A DNA stretch of 64,000 nt from Octopus vulgaris (taxonomy: Eukaryota), in the NCBI GenBank assembly GCA_951406725.2, contig OX597814.1, positions 47,678,001-47,742,000 on the forward strand, written 5' to 3'. The position numbers and the translations under genes were made by a program. How positions within the stretch are numbered: position 1 is the stretch's first letter; each line of letters starts with the position of its first letter. The notes under the pieces were generated by a model that was not told the origin of the DNA, made no database searches, and saw nothing but the letters and a program-made list of their open reading frames with translations. This document shows positions 28,246-40,670 of this stretch, one piece after another.

Positions 28246-28427
28246 ATATAATTACATATTATATTTTATATTTTATATTTCTATTTCCTTGTCTAATTAT
28301 ATTTACAGTATATTTTGTATAATGCCTTTACTGTTATGTAATGGTGTAATAAAGTATTGATTGGGTATCATCTGATGGTTGATGTTTGATTGATTTAAGT
28401 ATGTTTCTCCATTTTCTAATTTTGTAG

Positions 28428-28496
<69 letters not shown>

Positions 28497-28539
28497 TGTA
28501 CGTATCCAAATACATACACTCATAAACACACACACACAA

Positions 28540-28750
28540 CTTTTATCTTTTATCCTTTTCAGTCATATGACTGCAGCCATGCTGGTGTATCGCCCTCAAT
28601 TGTTTTAGTCGAACAAATCGACTATAGGGCTTATTTTTGTTAAAGCCTATTACTCATGCTAGCGGTCCATTTTGCCGAACCGCAAAGTTACGTGGACTTA
28701 AACACACCAACATCGGTTGTCAAGTAGTAGGGGTACAAACACAGACACAA
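28540..28750 (-). mobile_element. SINE family B 3' half
   Basis: cagtcatatgactgcagccatgctgg...tttgccgaaccgcaaagttacg is the reverse complement of the family B tail. Confidence 0.8.
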
Positions 28751-28819
28751 AGGCGCGTGCGCTCACAGACACAGACACACAGATACAGACACACACACAC
28801 ATACACACACACACACACA

Positions 28820-28865
<46 letters not shown>

Positions 28866-28936
28866 TATTAATATATAAAACAAAGTTATTTTATTCCACA
28901 CGGGTAGAAATATAGGAAGAATGGAAGTTGAAAATG

Positions 28937-29252
28937 TACTGAGAATAGTTAAAATATTTTTTATTAATATATCTAAAGCTTTAACCGGTTTCACAGTTTA
29001 AACTGATTTTCAAAAACTTCAAATAGAAAGTTCAAATGTCACAGTTATTTTGCTTCTAACTTGTGTTTGAAGCTTGTCCTACTTTTATAGGGAGTTCAGG
29101 GCTCAAATTAGTATATGTTTTGAATAAAGCAAGACCATTGCGACAGGTGCCACGTCTTTCTATTTGAACGTTTTCAAAATCAGTGTAAACTATAAAACCG
29201 GTTAAAGCTTTAAATATATTGATAAAAATATATTAACTATATTTTATTCTCA

Positions 29253-29255
<3 letters not shown>
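28937..29255. mobile_element. Foldback MITE with ~100-120-bp inverted arms
   Basis: actgagaat...taaagctttaaccggttt...aaactgattttt...ttcaaatagaaag mirrors ctttctatttgaa...aaaatcagtgtaaact...aaaccggttaaagcttta...attctcagt. Confidence 0.85.
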
Positions 29256-29346
<91 letters not shown>

Positions 29347-29864
29347 GTGTGTGTGTGCATATATATGTGTATATATACATATATATAATAAATGATATAT
29401 ATATATATATATATATATATAACTCAACTTGTGTGTCTGTGTGTGTATCTGTGTGTGTGTCTGTGTGTTTAACTTCCTGGCACATCTCCTCCTAGCCAAC
29501 AAATCGTAGAACCACCAAAAATGGGTCCCTTAAAGTTTAGGCGAATGAAAATTGAACTGCGCTATTTCTGTTCCGAAATTCATCTCGCAAGTGCAAAAAT
29601 CGATAATGTGTTTGTTTAGGCCTTATCCCATGCATTGAATAGTGAACTTTACTCAGTCAGCTGTTTGACGTGAACTGTGTTCATCACGCGTGCAAGCATG
29701 CGTAAATTGCATGAAAAATAAAAAATCAAGATATAAAAACGAATCGCCGTAAACATTGTAGAAATTCGGCAAAGAAATGAATTTTCGGGATGTAGCCTGG
29801 TGGGTCTTTTTGTATTAATATATATATATATATATATCATCATATATATATATGTATGTATATA

Positions 29865-29895
<31 letters not shown>

Positions 29896-29899
29896 GAGA

Positions 29900-30165
29900 G
29901 TATGATATAAGAAGGTTAACTCTTCCTTCCGTAGAAGAAAAAATTCAAATCGGACCATGTTAACACCAAAAGTTATTTACATCAAAAAGGTGCCATTTTT
30001 CTGTGAAAATCCCTATTTTTTACGATGTTTTGACTGGTGTGTCACCATTTTTCGGTGTATTTCCCTTAAAGAGAATAACAAGCTACATAATGCCAAATTT
30101 TTACTTTTCAAAAATTCCAATTCTAAAGGGGCTAAACAAACCGCAACGCCGGACGATACTGCTAG
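29900..30165 (+). mobile_element. Helitron 3' fragment
   Basis: Ends acaaaccgcaacgccggacgatactgCTAG|T, the same 3' terminus family as the 34863 element. Confidence 0.65.
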
Positions 30166-30251
30166 TTTATATATATATATTCGAAAGTATTCTTTCAATT
30201 TCCGTCTACCAAATCCACTCACAAGGCTTTGGTCGGCCCGAAGCTATAGTA

Positions 30252-30356
30252 CAGTGTTTCTCAACCTTTTTACCCTTGCGTAACCCTTAAAATAAATTCC
30301 ATGTCTCAAGGAACCCCTGCACAATATATATATGTATGTATAATTATATATGTATG

Positions 30357-30424
<68 letters not shown>

Positions 30425-31660
30425 ATAAGATTAGCTCGTATACGAGTGGGTATATATTTGTAAAAAATGAAGTTTGAAAATGCTGCTATATTAGACAAAT
30501 TTTAATTTTTATATATACATTATTTATTTAACATGTTTCGGTTCTTGAAATGACGAACCTTATCAAAAAAAAATTATATATAAAAAAGATAGTTCATGCT
30601 ATCAAATATAAAAAAATTCATATATAATATTCAATAGAGTCAGACATAAAAAATTCATATATAGTAAAGCGAGTCCATGCTATATGTTTAAAGAGTATGA
30701 TGTAGTAGTTCATAGTGGTGATGTGCATTCAATATAAAAAATTCATGTTCTTGAAAAAGCGAGGAATTCATTTTAGATTTTACCTTGTGTTCCAATGGGA
30801 GCAACTGTAATGACTTTTGGTTGGTGTCTGTTCGTATAGTTTTGGTGAATCTTGTGAATTGTTTGGGTTTTATATCAGTTCAGCTTAGCTGTCTCACTTG
30901 CATTTTTCACTGACGTCATATAGTTCCCAACCAATCAAAACTCAGTCTCAACGAATATATCCTGTTAGGAAACCAACCAAGCAGAACGACAGTTTGGCCA
31001 CGGAAGAAATATGTCATCCTTGTTTTTGACGGATTGAAATTAGATCTGATCCATGACTGTATCCTGTTAGGTGGCTAGTCCAGCGGAACGAGACGTCATA
31101 AATGTTTTGACCAGTCATCTCGTTAGGTGGCTAGTCCGGCAGAACGGGACGTCATCAATGTTTTGACCAATCATCCTGTTAGGTGGCTAGTCCAGCAGAA
31201 CGAGACGTCATCAAAGTTTTGACCAATCAGAATCGGGTCTGACCTATAGCTGTATTAGATCTGACCCATGACTGTATCCTGTTAGGTGGCTAGTCCAGCG
31301 GAACGAGACGTCATCAATGTTTTGACCAATCATCCCGTTAGGTGGCTAGTCCAGCAGAACGAGACGTCATCAATGTTTTGACCAATCAGAATCGGGTCTG
31401 ACCCTTAGCTGTATCGTATGTGTATATACATATACATATATATATATAAATATATATATATATATGTGTGTATGTGTGTGTGTGTGTGTGTAATTATAGA
31501 TATATATTACAATATTACAATAACCAATAATATTTTGTGCGTGTATTGTAATATTACGATCTTGAAATTAGCATTAGCTTACCTTACTCTTTCTCGCAGA
31601 ACTCCTAGAGACGTTTTGCGGAACCTTAGGATTCCAAGGAACCCCGATTGAGAAACGCTG
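30252..31660. mobile_element. Non-autonomous hAT (Charlie/Buster-type) DNA transposon
   Basis: TIRs cagtgtttctcaa / ttgagaaacgctg, an 8-bp TSD ctatagta/ctttagta with central TA, and subterminal ggaacccc motifs. Confidence 0.9.
30960..31414 (+). repeat. 56-bp minisatellite with higher-order duplication inside the hAT element
   Basis: Unit cctgttaggtggctagtccagcrgaacgagacgtcatcaatgttttgaccaatcat starts at 31063, 31119, 31175, 31278 and 31334, with a diverged unit at 30961. Confidence 0.95.
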
Positions 31661-32096
31661 CTTTAGTAGAAGACACTTGGCCAAGGTATCATGCAATGGG
31701 ACTGAACCTGGAACCATGTCGTTGGGAAGCAAATTCTCTACCACGCAGCCACGCCTGAGGACGGCGAATTGGTAGGATCATTAAACCCTTCACATCTTTA
31801 TGTAGCTTGCTTCGGTGATAGACTTAATCCATCGCCTCATTTGACACTGTCACATGCTTTTAGCAAACCTCACTTTGATGCAAGCATTCAAGCCTGGTAC
31901 CGAGTTTGCGATTATCTTCCTAAAACCGAAGGCCCTGAAAAGAGCCGTGACCACCAACAGATCATTGATTCCTTCCTTTTCATTCATTCATTCATTCATT
32001 CATTCATTCATTCAATCATACTTACATACAAACATACATTTGCGTATAATTTGGATGCTATGCCAGAGGATTTACAACTGTTAGATGTTCTACATG

Positions 32097-32146
<50 letters not shown>

Positions 32147-32737
32147 TATATATATATGAATAATGAATTTATTATATTCAAATTATTATTAATGTTAAGA
32201 TTTATTTTCATAAAATGTATTTCCATGTAATGAAGCACCTGTAACATCGTCTTTTCTGTCTTTGTTTTAATACGCATACACGCATACTTATATATATCAC
32301 TTATCGAGATGAATACCGCAATTTTCTGGCCTTCTACAGTATATCCACAATAAATAAGATATACAAAATGCTATTTTGAACTAGCACTATTTCTGTCGCC
32401 AATAACGAATTCTTACCGAGCCTGCTAGCTATTTGTTCTTCATGTATAATTTGATACGATAACAGACAATATACATATGTACGTACATACATACATGCAT
32501 ACATATGTGTGTGTGTATATATATATAAAAAGTATGTATGAATATAAATTTGTAGTGTATCTATGTATGCATATATGTATGTATCTATCTACCTACCTAT
32601 CTCTGTCTGTCTGTCTGTCTGCCTCTTTCTTCCTTTCTCCCCCTCTCTCTCTCCCTCTTTATATATATATATACATATGTATGAGTGTGTGTGTGTGTGT
32701 GCACACATACATATATATTCGTGTATATGTAAATGTA

Positions 32738-32783
<46 letters not shown>

Positions 32784-33069
32784 AAGCCTGTATGCAATTA
32801 TATACACTCTGACACGCATATACAAATACATACACACACACATATATTCATACATAAGTATGCGTATAGGGAAGTGCATGCAAATTTTCAAAATATATGT
32901 ATTAGAATTAATGTTATAAAGATGTCTATCGGTGTGTGTAAATGTTAATAAAATCTACATGAATTCAAGAATATGGCGATCTTATGAATGTCGGTAATGT
33001 TGATGCATCCAAGGAGCAGGATAAGAGATTTCTGAAAGTCTTAAAGTCATAGTTGATTTGTTTACTGTC

Positions 33070-33176
33070 ACTGTAAACAGCTGCTGTTGAAAGAAGATGA
33101 GTAAACAGCTAGAGCAAAAATGACAAGAAAGATACCAAGATTAAAGTGGAGTTGTTGAACCTGTTGAAATGGCGCC
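33070..33176 (-). CDS. Candidate terminal exon of an unknown gene (APFQQVQQLHFNLGIFLVIFALAVYSSSFNSSCLQ*)
   Basis: A long T-rich tract precedes aaactag|GCG on the minus strand. Phase 0 gives a hydrophobic C-terminal tail. No homology recognised. Confidence 0.2.
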
Positions 33177-33579
33177 TAGTTTGATATGTAAAAATGTTGG
33201 TAGCAAAAACATTGATAACCAAAAACAGAAGAAACAAAACATAAAAAGCAGAAACAAACGAAAGGAAAGAAGAAAAAAGTGGATGATAAATAAAAATAAA
33301 AATATGATTTCGTATATTGAATTCACGAAAACACTGTTAATTGTCAAAAATATAAGTATGCAATACTTACACACCTGCATGCAAAGCACAGACACACGCG
33401 CTCAGACAGGCACATATAACGCAGAGACATATAGCACCCCCCCCCCCCCGCACACACACACACCTCACATATACACAAATATTGATGTGTAATTTTATAA
33501 AGTTTTTAGTATATATTTTATGTAATATAGAATAGGCCATACATATTATATTTAATGCTATACATACAAACATTTAAAA

Positions 33580-33659
<80 letters not shown>

Positions 33660-33743
33660 TGTGTGTATTATAAATCTATATCTATATATATGTACACACA
33701 CACAAACACACTAGCCGTTATGTCTGGTCATCAACTCTTTATC

Positions 33744-33849
<106 letters not shown>

Positions 33850-34294
33850 TGTGCCATTCACTATTTGGTTTATATATTTTTATTAGTACTTAGTACTTCT
33901 ATTTTACTTACTTTTTGTAGCTTGAAATGTTGAAGAAAACTTTCCGCTAAGTCGGAAAGGCAAAACTATTCGGTTCGATTCGGAATTACGATCCAATTTC
34001 AGAGTGAGCCTAAATATATGTTTATTGAACACAAATATATATACACACACACATACCGATACAGTATTGAAAATAAATACGGTTGTGTTCTAGTTTTAAT
34101 TTATTTATTTTCGTACGAGTTTGTTTTTCCAGCCTGTTTGAGATAGTATATTCTCAAATTTACCGTTCGAAATACGAATAGAAAGTTGATAAAAAGATAA
34201 AGCTAGAACAGTAGCATTCAATGTTCTCGCTCTCTCTTTTTCTCTCTCTCTCACTTATATGCATATATATATATATATATATATTTCCATATAT

Positions 34295-34361
<67 letters not shown>

Positions 34362-34862
34362 GAGTATGTCGAAGCAATCTCGAATAAAGCATATTCGTGT
34401 AAAGTCATATTTAACCTGACCAAAATACACACAAGTATGAAAAGACCTTTCGCAAGAGAAACTGTCTTGGGAGAAAATTCTCCTCCTAATCGACATGCGC
34501 GAAAACACTGTGAATAGGTTTGTGAATGACATTATTGGATGATAGAAGGCATGTGTTTCTCTGTTATTTTGTGCCGTCAGCTATGAACATCAAATGTGCC
34601 CGGTACTTTTGCTAGAAATAAAGTTGCCCATGCAATTTATATTTAAATTAGTAGGACTCGTGTAAATTCCACAGAATGGAAAAAATTAAGTGAGGAATTA
34701 TTAAAAAAAGAAAGGATGATTTACATTTTTATAGCATTTATAGCTTAGCTTTTTTAAAATATTCTTTACGTTCGTCTACATTCATTTCCTAACGTTTCCG
34801 ACGGTGGTCTTTTGCCTCTTTTTGTTACATCTTCTCGCTGTTCCTCTCCGATGTATGCTCTA

Positions 34863-35370
34863 CAAGCAGTATCGCCCGGCGTTGCTCGGGTTTGTAAGGG
34901 AAATAACTATATAAGCATTTTTAGAGAGTTACTTCCCTTATAGATGCCAATTCGGGCTTTCTTAGCCATTTCTGTTTTGGTGTCTTCAAGCCATGAAGTC
35001 GTTGTTCTAAAAGAACGCTGGTCTCATTGACAACGCTTTACGACGTTGATTTCCTTACACTCCCTTCCCCACAGCTTCACGAGGGAGGGAAGAAGGGGGA
35101 GAAGCAACACATGTGCAGGTGTGACCATGGACGCCAACTCCGCCGCCATCGACACACGAAAAAATATGCATTAAAATGGAATAAAAAATGATGTTAAATT
35201 ATTTTTAAAATCGTAGACTCATCGTAGACGCGCGCTAATACCCAGACGGGCTCGATATGAATCACGACTATAAGATACCCGAATTTGGTTAAACTGCACC
35301 GCAAAATGTGGGAGTAGTTAGGAATCTAAATCGAAGGGGACAGACACTCACACAACTACAGCTCTGTATA
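34863..35370 (-). mobile_element. Non-autonomous Helitron
   Basis: Minus-strand 3' end is acccgagcaacgccgggcgatactgCTTG (CTAG mutated) with a subterminal hairpin. The 5' end near gacagacactcacacaactacag is eroded. Confidence 0.7.
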
Positions 35371-35959
35371 CTGGATGCTGGCAAGTTTATGGGGTCATCA
35401 GGAAAGAATGCGCGCCGTTTCGAGGTCTTCCTCTCAACGGCGTCATTGCACACCAGCCCTCCTCACTGAAATGAGGCCCCACTTGCTAGATCAACTGGGT
35501 TTATAAGGGTTGGCTCACTGTTCTTTTCGCCATTGCTCATCGTCACTTTTTAACCAAATCCAGTAGCTTGCCTTCTCCACTAGTCTGGATTATCACTCAT
35601 GATAATATTTGCGATGATCGCTATGAAAACAAATTTGTTCAATAAAAATACTTTTCAATATCAACACACCACCATCACTATCTACTTCTTTCTCTATCTT
35701 CTTTTTTCTCTCTCTCTCAATATAACTGCTTTCCCTGTCCACCTCTCTCTATCTACCTTTCCCTTCATCTAACTTTTGAATCACGTAATAAGTAATTTCA
35801 CCCCACCACACGCTGTTAACACTTCTCTCACTCTTTTTCTCTCGTTCTTCGCCTCTGCCTTCAGCTGACCACTTGACCACTTAGCTAAAGTGTATTAATA
35901 TTAATCACCTTTCTCCACATCTTCTCTTCTTTCCTCCTCCTCTCCTCCTCCTCCTCCTC

Positions 35960-35990
<31 letters not shown>

Positions 35991-36776
35991 GCACACACTC
36001 TTACTCCACCTCTCACTCACTCTACCTTTCTAACTAACTAATGCATAACGGGCGAACGAACAAGCAGATTATTATATAGATTGCATGATAAATAAGCAGT
36101 ATTTAGAACTCCATATACATTCTTATATATCCAAAAAGGAAACCACGAGGGTGTCTTGTCTGCGTTTCCTTTGATTTATCTCTAAGTCGCATAGATCAGT
36201 GAGTACATATAGAAAAGGTAATGGAACACGAGTAAGATTATTTTATAAATAATGCATTTATGCTATTTTATCCGCATTTCATTAACAATGGGAAAATATT
36301 AGTTATTGCATGGTCAAATTTTCAAAGATTAAATAACAATCATTAGTAACCTTTATAGTTTATATGAAAACGTTTTAAGCTACTGAATATAATTTGAGCT
36401 ATAAATAATAGTTCCTATACCTTAGTATACTTAGAGCTATTATTTATAGATTCATTTGCATCTGAGCAGTTACTTCAAAAGAATTAATTTCAAATTTCAC
36501 AGTGCTTCAAACGAACCAAAACATGCGCACGCGTGTATGTGTGCATGGATGTATATGTGTAAATATATATAATTGTGGAGATGCTCCATAGACTCTCACT
36601 GAAAGCGTCGTTATTCATAGCTTATGGCTCTGGGTCATAAATTTGTCAGTTCAAGTGAGTCGATGCATGTACTCTGTTACAGGTACCTAATATCAATAGT
36701 AACAGAAATGAATAGAAGAAACCTAGTCTTTACTACCATATCTCACTCACTCTGCTTTAATATTTGTTTCCCAATA

Positions 36777-37245
36777 AGGCAGTGAGCTGGCAGAATCGTT
36801 AGCATGCCAGGCGAAATGCTTAGCGGCATTTCGTACGTCTTTCCGCTCTGACTTCATATTCCACCGAGGCGGAGTTTAGCTTTCATTCGTTCGGGGTCGA
36901 TGAGATAAATACCTATTTCTTTACTACCTACAAGGGGTTAAACACAGAGAGGACAAACAAAGACAGACAAACGGATTAAGTCGATGATATCGACCTCAGT
37001 GCGTAACTGGTACTTATTTAATCGCCCCCGAAAGGATGAAAGCCAAAGTCGACCACAGCGAAATTTGAACTCAGAACGTAACGGCAGATAAAATACCGCT
37101 AAGCATTTCGCCCTGCGTGCTAACGATTCTGCCAGCTCACCGCCTTATCGATGAGAAAAATACCACTTGAGTACTGGGGTCGATGCAATCAACTTAACCC
37201 CTCACCCCAAATTGCTGGCGTTGTGCAAAAATTGTGCAAATATTT
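36777..37245 (+). mobile_element. SINE family A with a second family A copy nested in opposite orientation (36914-37147)
   Basis: The inner copy is flanked by a 17-bp TSD, tcgatgagataaatacc (36897-36913) / tcgatgagaaaaatacc (37148-37164). Confidence 0.92.
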
Positions 37246-37430
37246 TTTGTTTTTGTATGTTTGTTTTCCGCATTGGTGTTTGATTCTAATGCATTTGTAA
37301 TTCTTTTTACTTTCTTACTTTAGAGGTCCACTATCGCCTGATGACATCGTAGGTGCGACATCATGGCATATGGCCCGTGCTGGGCATTTCTAGTAGTGAA
37401 GGAGATGAGAAGAGAGAGGAAAAAGGTAAA

Positions 37431-37610
37431 GAAGAAGAAGAAGAAGAAGAAGAAGAAGAAGAAGAAGAAGAAGAAGAAGAAGAAGAAGAAGAAGAAGAAG
37501 AAGAAGAAGAAGAAGAAGAAGAAGAAGAAGAAGAAGAAGAAGAAGAAGAAGAAGAAGAAGAAGAAGAAGAAGAAGAAGAAGAAGAAGAAGAAGAAGAAGA
37601 AGAAGAAGAA
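37431..37610 (+). repeat. Perfect (GAA)60 trinucleotide repeat
   Basis: 180 bp uninterrupted. Confidence 0.98.
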
Positions 37611-37809
37611 GGCTTTAATGATAAACTGGTACATTCGAAATTGTACCATTTTCAAAGTATAAACTCATGTTTATGTCGAGAAGTAGTTTAATTTGTGTCC
37701 TGAGAATATGCTTCTCTGTTTGTCTGTCTGTCTGTCTGTCTCTCTCATTGATACTCTTTGTAGCCGCTCATACAATACACACTTATATGCATGCCATGAG
37801 AGAGAGAGA

Positions 37810-37866
<57 letters not shown>

Positions 37867-38133
37867 GATGTGATGTGAGATAGATTGATAGACAGAGAGA
37901 AAGAAGTCTTCTATGCAAGGAGATATATATAAAAAAAAATTAGTTGAAAAAGTACTTGAATTCCTTGGATTATTTTTCTACATTTTCTAAACCGGTTCCA
38001 CAACTATTATGAGCGAAGTAAAATATGATGTCTTACCTTCTTTGAAAAAGCAGATATGTTAGCATCGATTGACTTTGCATAGCTACTTCAAACGCGGTTT
38101 GTATCCTTAATTCACTTTTGAACATAATATATA

Positions 38134-39005
38134 CGAAGTGCGTTCAAAATGTATCCGACTTGATTTTGTCCCGTCAAAACTAATATCGTGAGGGCAAATT
38201 CCCTTGGATGGGAGGTAATGCCACCGTTCCTGCGCATGTGTGAACATGTTCGCGCCAGTAGGCCGTGTCAGTTCCCAGCTGTTACGTCTTGAGTATAGAT
38301 GTGCAGTATGTGCTCATCGGGTTTTCGTTTTGAAAGAACGCATCGAGTAGAGATATTGTCTCAAGTTTAGCCAAAAGCTTGGTGATACTGATGCTCAAAC
38401 CACTCAGAAGATTCACCAGGCTTTGCTCATGATGCCATGGTCAAAACTCAGGTCAAGGAGTGATACAACCTTGGACAGTGAAGCTCGCTCAGGCAGGCCA
38501 CCCAAATGTCGAAATGAGGAGCCGATTGAGTAGGTTCAGCGAATACTCATGGAAGGCCACCGTGTAGCAATCAAGGAAATTGGTCACAAAATAGGAATAA
38601 AGCATTCTATTTTAACGTTGGATTTGTAACTGCGGAGAGTGTCGGCAAAATTCGTTCTCAAGGTGCTGGCGGAACAGTAGCAGAAACTCTACACGGAAAT
38701 CGCTCAGAACATACTGAACTGTGCAAATCATGACCCAGACTTCATGAAGACCATCATCACTGGTGATGAGACATGGGTTTATGGCTTCTGCTCGATGCGT
38801 GTGGTCATCTTGCATGAAAACGACGAGCGCGCACTACACTTCTATACTCTAGGCGTAACAGACAGGAACTCACGCGGCCTACCTGCACGAAAATGTTCAT
38901 ACATATACACGAACGGTAGCGTCACCTCCCACCCGAAGGCTTTTACTCATGCGGCACTAGTTTTGGCGGGTAAAATAAAATCAGATACTTTTTGAACGCA
39001 CCTCG
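38134..39005 (+). mobile_element. Internally deleted mariner (872 bp)
   Basis: TIRs cgaagtgcgttcaaaatgtatccga / tcagatactttttgaacgcacctcg with TA flanks. Remnants read RYCLKFSQKLG, ARSGRP, RVSAKFV and MKTIITGDETWVYG. Confidence 0.92.
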
Positions 39006-39397
39006 TATATCCAATTGTAGTTTGGCACGTTCATTAGTTAAGAACTACAGTTCTTAATTAATACACTTTTATTTCATTCGTATTTAATGGGTAATATTAT
39101 TAGTACATTAGCACAATGCGAAAAGCTTGACTTTTGGGGGAATATATTTGCCACAGATATATCCAAATGTTCATTAACGGGTATTTGTCGGGTGTTACCA
39201 ATGCGTTTATACACGTTTACGCAGATACATTTACAACAATTAGGTATTTTATCTGTTTATGATAAGAAAAACTGATAAGCAACAATTGCAATTACTATGT
39301 ACCAACTGTTGTTATCACCAAATTAAGAGTACTCTATATTTGCATAGCATTAAAAAGTATAGATCACAGAATAAAATAAGGATAACCAAGCTCTTCA

Positions 39398-39580
39398 AAT
39401 AAACACAGAGGGGACAAACAAAGACAGACAAATGGATTAAGTTGATTACATCGACCCCAGTGCTTAACTGGTACTTAATTTATCGACCCCGAAAGGATGA
39501 AAGGCAAAGTTGACCTCGGCGGAATTTGAACTCAGAACGTAACGGCAGACGAAATACGGCTACGCATTTCGCCCGGTGTG
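39398..39580 (-). mobile_element. SINE family A, partial
   Basis: tcgaccccgaaaggatgaaaggcaaagttgacctcggcggaatttgaactcagaacg. Confidence 0.9.
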
Positions 39581-39852
39581 CTTTATGATAACCACTATAC
39601 TAGACACACATTCTTTAGTATCATGAAAATCTTTGATGCGACCAATTCAAGATATTAAAAAGAAAATAAATCTCTAGCAGTATTATAATTCTATATGTTA
39701 ATAATTGTATAAACCTTTTAAATTGATATTAGTTGACGAGATTAAGGAAGAAAAATCTCCAGAGGCTTGACGTCATCTTAGAGAATGCATGGAACCGCTA
39801 GCGATGTGGAGCACTGGTGAACCTAGCCGGCTCTACGATCTATGACGTCTGT

Positions 39853-40123
39853 GGCGGCGAGCTGGCAGAAAAGGCGGCGAGCTGGCAGAAAAGGCGGCGA
39901 GCCGGCAGAAACGTTAGCACACCGGGCGAAATGCTTAGCGGTATTGCGTCTGTCATTGCGATCTGAGTTCAAATTTCGCCGAGCTCGACTTTGCCTTTCA
40001 TCCTTTCAGGGTCGATAAATTAAGTACCAATTACGCACTGGGGTCGATGTAATCGACTTAATCCGTTTGTCTATCCTTGTTTGTCCCCTCTATGTTTAGT
40101 CCCTTGTGAGCAATAAAGAAACA
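39853..40123 (+). mobile_element. SINE family A with triplicated 20-bp head
   Basis: ggcggcgagc(t/c)ggcagaaa occurs at 39853, 39873 and 39893. TSD gatctatgacgtctgt at 39837 and 40124. Confidence 0.92.
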
Positions 40124-40221
40124 GATCTATGACGTCTGTGGGACCACTAACTTGGTATGACCCCAGCCCCATCAAGCAATAACATGAAGCAAACAAGTAT
40201 TAATATTAGTTATAAACATAA

Positions 40222-40670
40222 GGCGGCGAGCTGGCAGAATCGTTAACGCGACGGGTAAAATGCTTAGCGGCATTTCGTCCGTTTCTGTCGAGGTTGATTT
40301 TGCCTGTTAACCCTTTCAGGATCAATAAAATATTGGGTCATCACATAAATAAAGTCATTTGGACGGAAAAAATATGAATTCTGTAGACGAGGTCAAAACA
40401 GTATTGGGAGGATTATTTTTCGTTACAGACAAGTGAATTTTGGAAAAGGGGCTTGCAAGTTTACCAGATAGATGGAAGAGCATTACAGAAAATGAAGGAG
40501 AGTATATTTTAAATTAAAAAAGAACTTTGTCTTAATTTTGAAAAATAGAAGTATAAAAAACTACATTATTTATGGGATGACCCAATAAATACCAGTTGAA
40601 CACGGTTCGATGTAATCGACTTAACTCAACCCCCGAAATTGCTGGCCTTGTGCCAAAATTTGAAACCAAC
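40222..40670 (+). mobile_element. SINE family A interrupted by a mariner MITE
   Basis: The head starts at 40222 and the consensus resumes at aataccagttga after the insertion. Confidence 0.85.
40333..40585 (+). mobile_element. 253-bp mariner deletion derivative
   Basis: TIRs ttgggtcatcacataaataa / ttatttatgggatgacccaa with TA TSD. It retains the transposase C-terminus (HLDGKNMNSVDEVKTVL...LPDRWKSITENEGEYILN*). Confidence 0.9.

Larger units (their letters stand above)
30188..31757 (-). mobile_element. SINE family B 5' portion split by the hAT insertion
   Basis: acaaggctttggtcggcccgaagctatagta | insertion | gaagacacttggccaagg...gggactgaacc continues the family B consensus. Confidence 0.85.

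Noticed and set aside
30960-31414. Regular repeats superficially like a CRISPR array
   Set aside because: The units are contiguous with no unique spacers, there are no cas genes, and the array sits inside a eukaryotic hAT element.
35580-36081. Possible further Helitron (CTAG at one end, ttattatatagat at the other)
   Set aside because: No clear subterminal hairpin, and the boundaries are uncertain.
37320-37691. Poly-E, poly-K and poly-F ORFs
   Set aside because: They are translations of the (GAA)60 tract.
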